A DNA stretch of 63,048 nucleotides, filler included, from Globobulimina sp. (lineage: Eukaryota): NCBI GenBank assembly GCA_003354225.1. It is 31 parts of 31 records of this genome, joined end to end, with 100 filler letters (N's around TTAATTAATTAA, not from the genome) between each part and the next. Parts side by side here need not be neighbours in the genome. Positions count along the whole stretch, not along the records: positions 61,113 to 63,048 come from PIVH01010418.1; 30 more parts are not named here. One strand, given 5' to 3'. The notes beneath the pieces are model-generated. The model was not told the origin of the DNA and made no database searches. It worked only from the letters and a program-made list of their open reading frames with translations. This document shows positions 61,150 through 63,048 of the stretch, in pieces (position 1 is the stretch's first letter; each line of letters begins with the position of its first letter). The position numbers and the translations under genes are program-made.

Positions 61150-61650
61150 TTAAATACCTGCACGCGTCATATTGTTAACATTATCTTTAAACATACGATC
61201 TAATATTTGTTTATCTAATTCCTTCGCATCGCCTAAACTAAATTTTGTGCTGTCAATTCCATAGAAAGTCCGTCCAGAATAATAAATTTTGAATTGTTGT
61301 TTTTGATATGCTTTTCGCGGAGAATATCGCAATGGCCACCATGAATCACGTGATTTCCTCGGTAATGGCGCTGTTGTATCTTTTAAATATCGGATGTAAA
61401 TCGTGGAACAATCTTTGGTCCTGCTCCAAGCTGTCGTTTCTTTGGGATTGTTATACCAGGATAGAAAAATTTGTTTCTGAGTTGATTTGGTGAATTCTGT
61501 TAGTTTTTTATTGCAAATCGCAGTTGGTGTATGTTGACTGGTACTGCTTTCAACTAATGCTATCTGTTCATTCTCTTGTGTTTGGTGATTGACGCCTATT
61601 GTCACAGACAACAATGCTACTAAATAGATGGTTGTCAAGCAGTAAGGCAT
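61150..61650 (-). CDS. Small secreted protein of unknown function
   Basis: Complete 166-aa ORF with a signal peptide. Confidence 0.65.
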   Translation of the reverse strand: MPYCLTTIYLVALLSVTIGVNHQTQENEQIALVESSTSQHTPTAICNKKLTEFTKSTQKQIFLSWYNNPKETTAWSRTKDCSTIYIRYLKDTTAPLPRKSRDSWWPLRYSPRKAYQKQQFKIYYSGRTFYGIDSTKFSLGDAKELDKQILDRMFKDNVNNMTRAGI

Positions 61651-61763
61651 GATTTAAGTAACTCGGGCTTGATGTAAATTATTTATGCTAGTAAAATGAT
61701 AATGCACGTACGTGGATGCATATGTATCTGAACAAGAAGACAACAGTAATTTACAGCATTAAA

Positions 61764-63048
61764 TTAAACAACAGCAATGTATACAATCCAACCAATAACA
61801 ATACTCCACATATATGGAATCCCTCTCCAATACCCATTGGTGTTGACTACAGGCGATATGGTTGGATTCATCGTTGGCTGAATGGAAGTATTCCCACCAA
61901 CAACAGGATTCTTTGTTGGTTGATTTGAAGGGTTAACTGTTGGACTATTTGTAACCAAACATGCACCATTACTCGATATCTGATGCGCACCAATATCAAT
62001 CGCATTTATATCAATTGTTCTATGATGAATATCATACAGTATTCCAGTGACATCTCTACCTTTACCAATAATATTGTTTACAACACCAGAATAATTACTT
62101 ACTAGATTTAAATCTCCATTTGCCAAATCTTTAAAATATCCACTTTCCGATGCAGTGACAAAATTATTTGTAGCAATTGCCTGTGCATTGTCTCTTATTG
62201 TTACCGCACCAGAATCCATCATATTATTCACTGCTACGACGTTGCTTGTCGCATCCCATCGGATCTCAATTGGAGCGTAATAAGAACCGGATACATATAT
62301 GGTATTAAATGCAATGATTGAATTCGATGATTCTGTGTAAAATGCGACATCCACAGGCTGTGACATTACTGGTCGATAAAAGAAATTGTTTTTAATTACT
62401 CCATTATAATGCGGCGAGCCTCTTGCACCGAATTGTATGCCACGAGCACAATAATAGAATAAATTGCCTTCTATTATGGAATCGCGTGCATCATTCCACA
62501 CCAACACTGATGGTCCGGCCAACTCATTATCTAAATAGCAGTAGAAAATGTTGTGTCGTGCAAAAGCAATTAAATTAAGATATAATAACTGGCATAGTAC
62601 AGATTAACAAATTGGCAATAACGAATGTGGAGATTAGTCGTGTTATGTGCAGATATTCCATTCCCATACGCGTACCCTACTTCTGGATGAACATCCCTTT
62701 ATGTCATGAGTAGGAAAATGAATATTTAATCAATTGTGACATAAGATATATACTTATAACATACGTACCATCCATTTGACAATTCAAATAAGGTGAATTG
62801 AATAATTAATCCAGGCACAGGAATACCGCCAGAAGAGACTTTAACAATTTGTTCGCCAGCATCTATGAGATGTAAATTATGTAATAATATGTTGCTGCAT
62901 CCACCGTGGATTTGAATTGTATGATAATAAACGTTTTTGACTGTTAAGTCCGCAATGACTACGTTAGAGCATGCAAATAATTCAATACCATATACTGCTG
63001 CGTTGTTATATTGTCCTGCTCCAATTAATAGAACGTTTTCTCGAATAC
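61764..63048 (-). CDS. Right-handed parallel beta-helix (pectate-lyase-like) protein with a PT stalk and TM anchor, 5' partial, two introns
   Basis: The spliced reading gives NVVIADLTVKNVYYHTIQ..HLIDAGEQIVKV..W|DVHPEVGYAYGNGISAH..|NNELAGPSVLVWNDARDSIIEGNLF..DIGAHQ. Introns are ~62698-62768 and ~62531-62590. Confidence 0.85.

Overview
This window is not one locus. It is 31 unrelated contigs of 1936-1939 bp in descending length order, joined by 100-bp spacers (N44-TTAATTAATTAA-N44, stops in all six frames), so adjacency across spacers means nothing. The DNA is AT-rich, gene-dense and eukaryotic, with short (~54-100 nt) GT-AG introns and the standard code. The gene families suggest a rhizarian protist, probably a foraminiferan (inference). 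Recognisable genes include SURF6, OST3/6, a Cys-less pentameric ligand-gated channel, 7TM and 7TM-RGS proteins, a SAM-Rab fusion, ArfGAP-C2, Kintoun/PIH1, pectin acetylesterase, CAP-Gly, P450, a truncated PCNA, a PARP-ZnF/SAP protein, lipase 3, a Cdc123-like protein, Spt5, a CDCA7-like zinc finger, a C2H2 protein and a bacterial-type beta-helix gene with introns. The most striking signal is four independent head-to-head gene pairs whose ATGs are only 25-42 bp apart around a T-rich TCAA motif. Also present are two MITE families, a bacterial ABC-permease fragment and several probable homopolymer or chimera artefacts. I found no rRNA, tRNA or CRISPR array.
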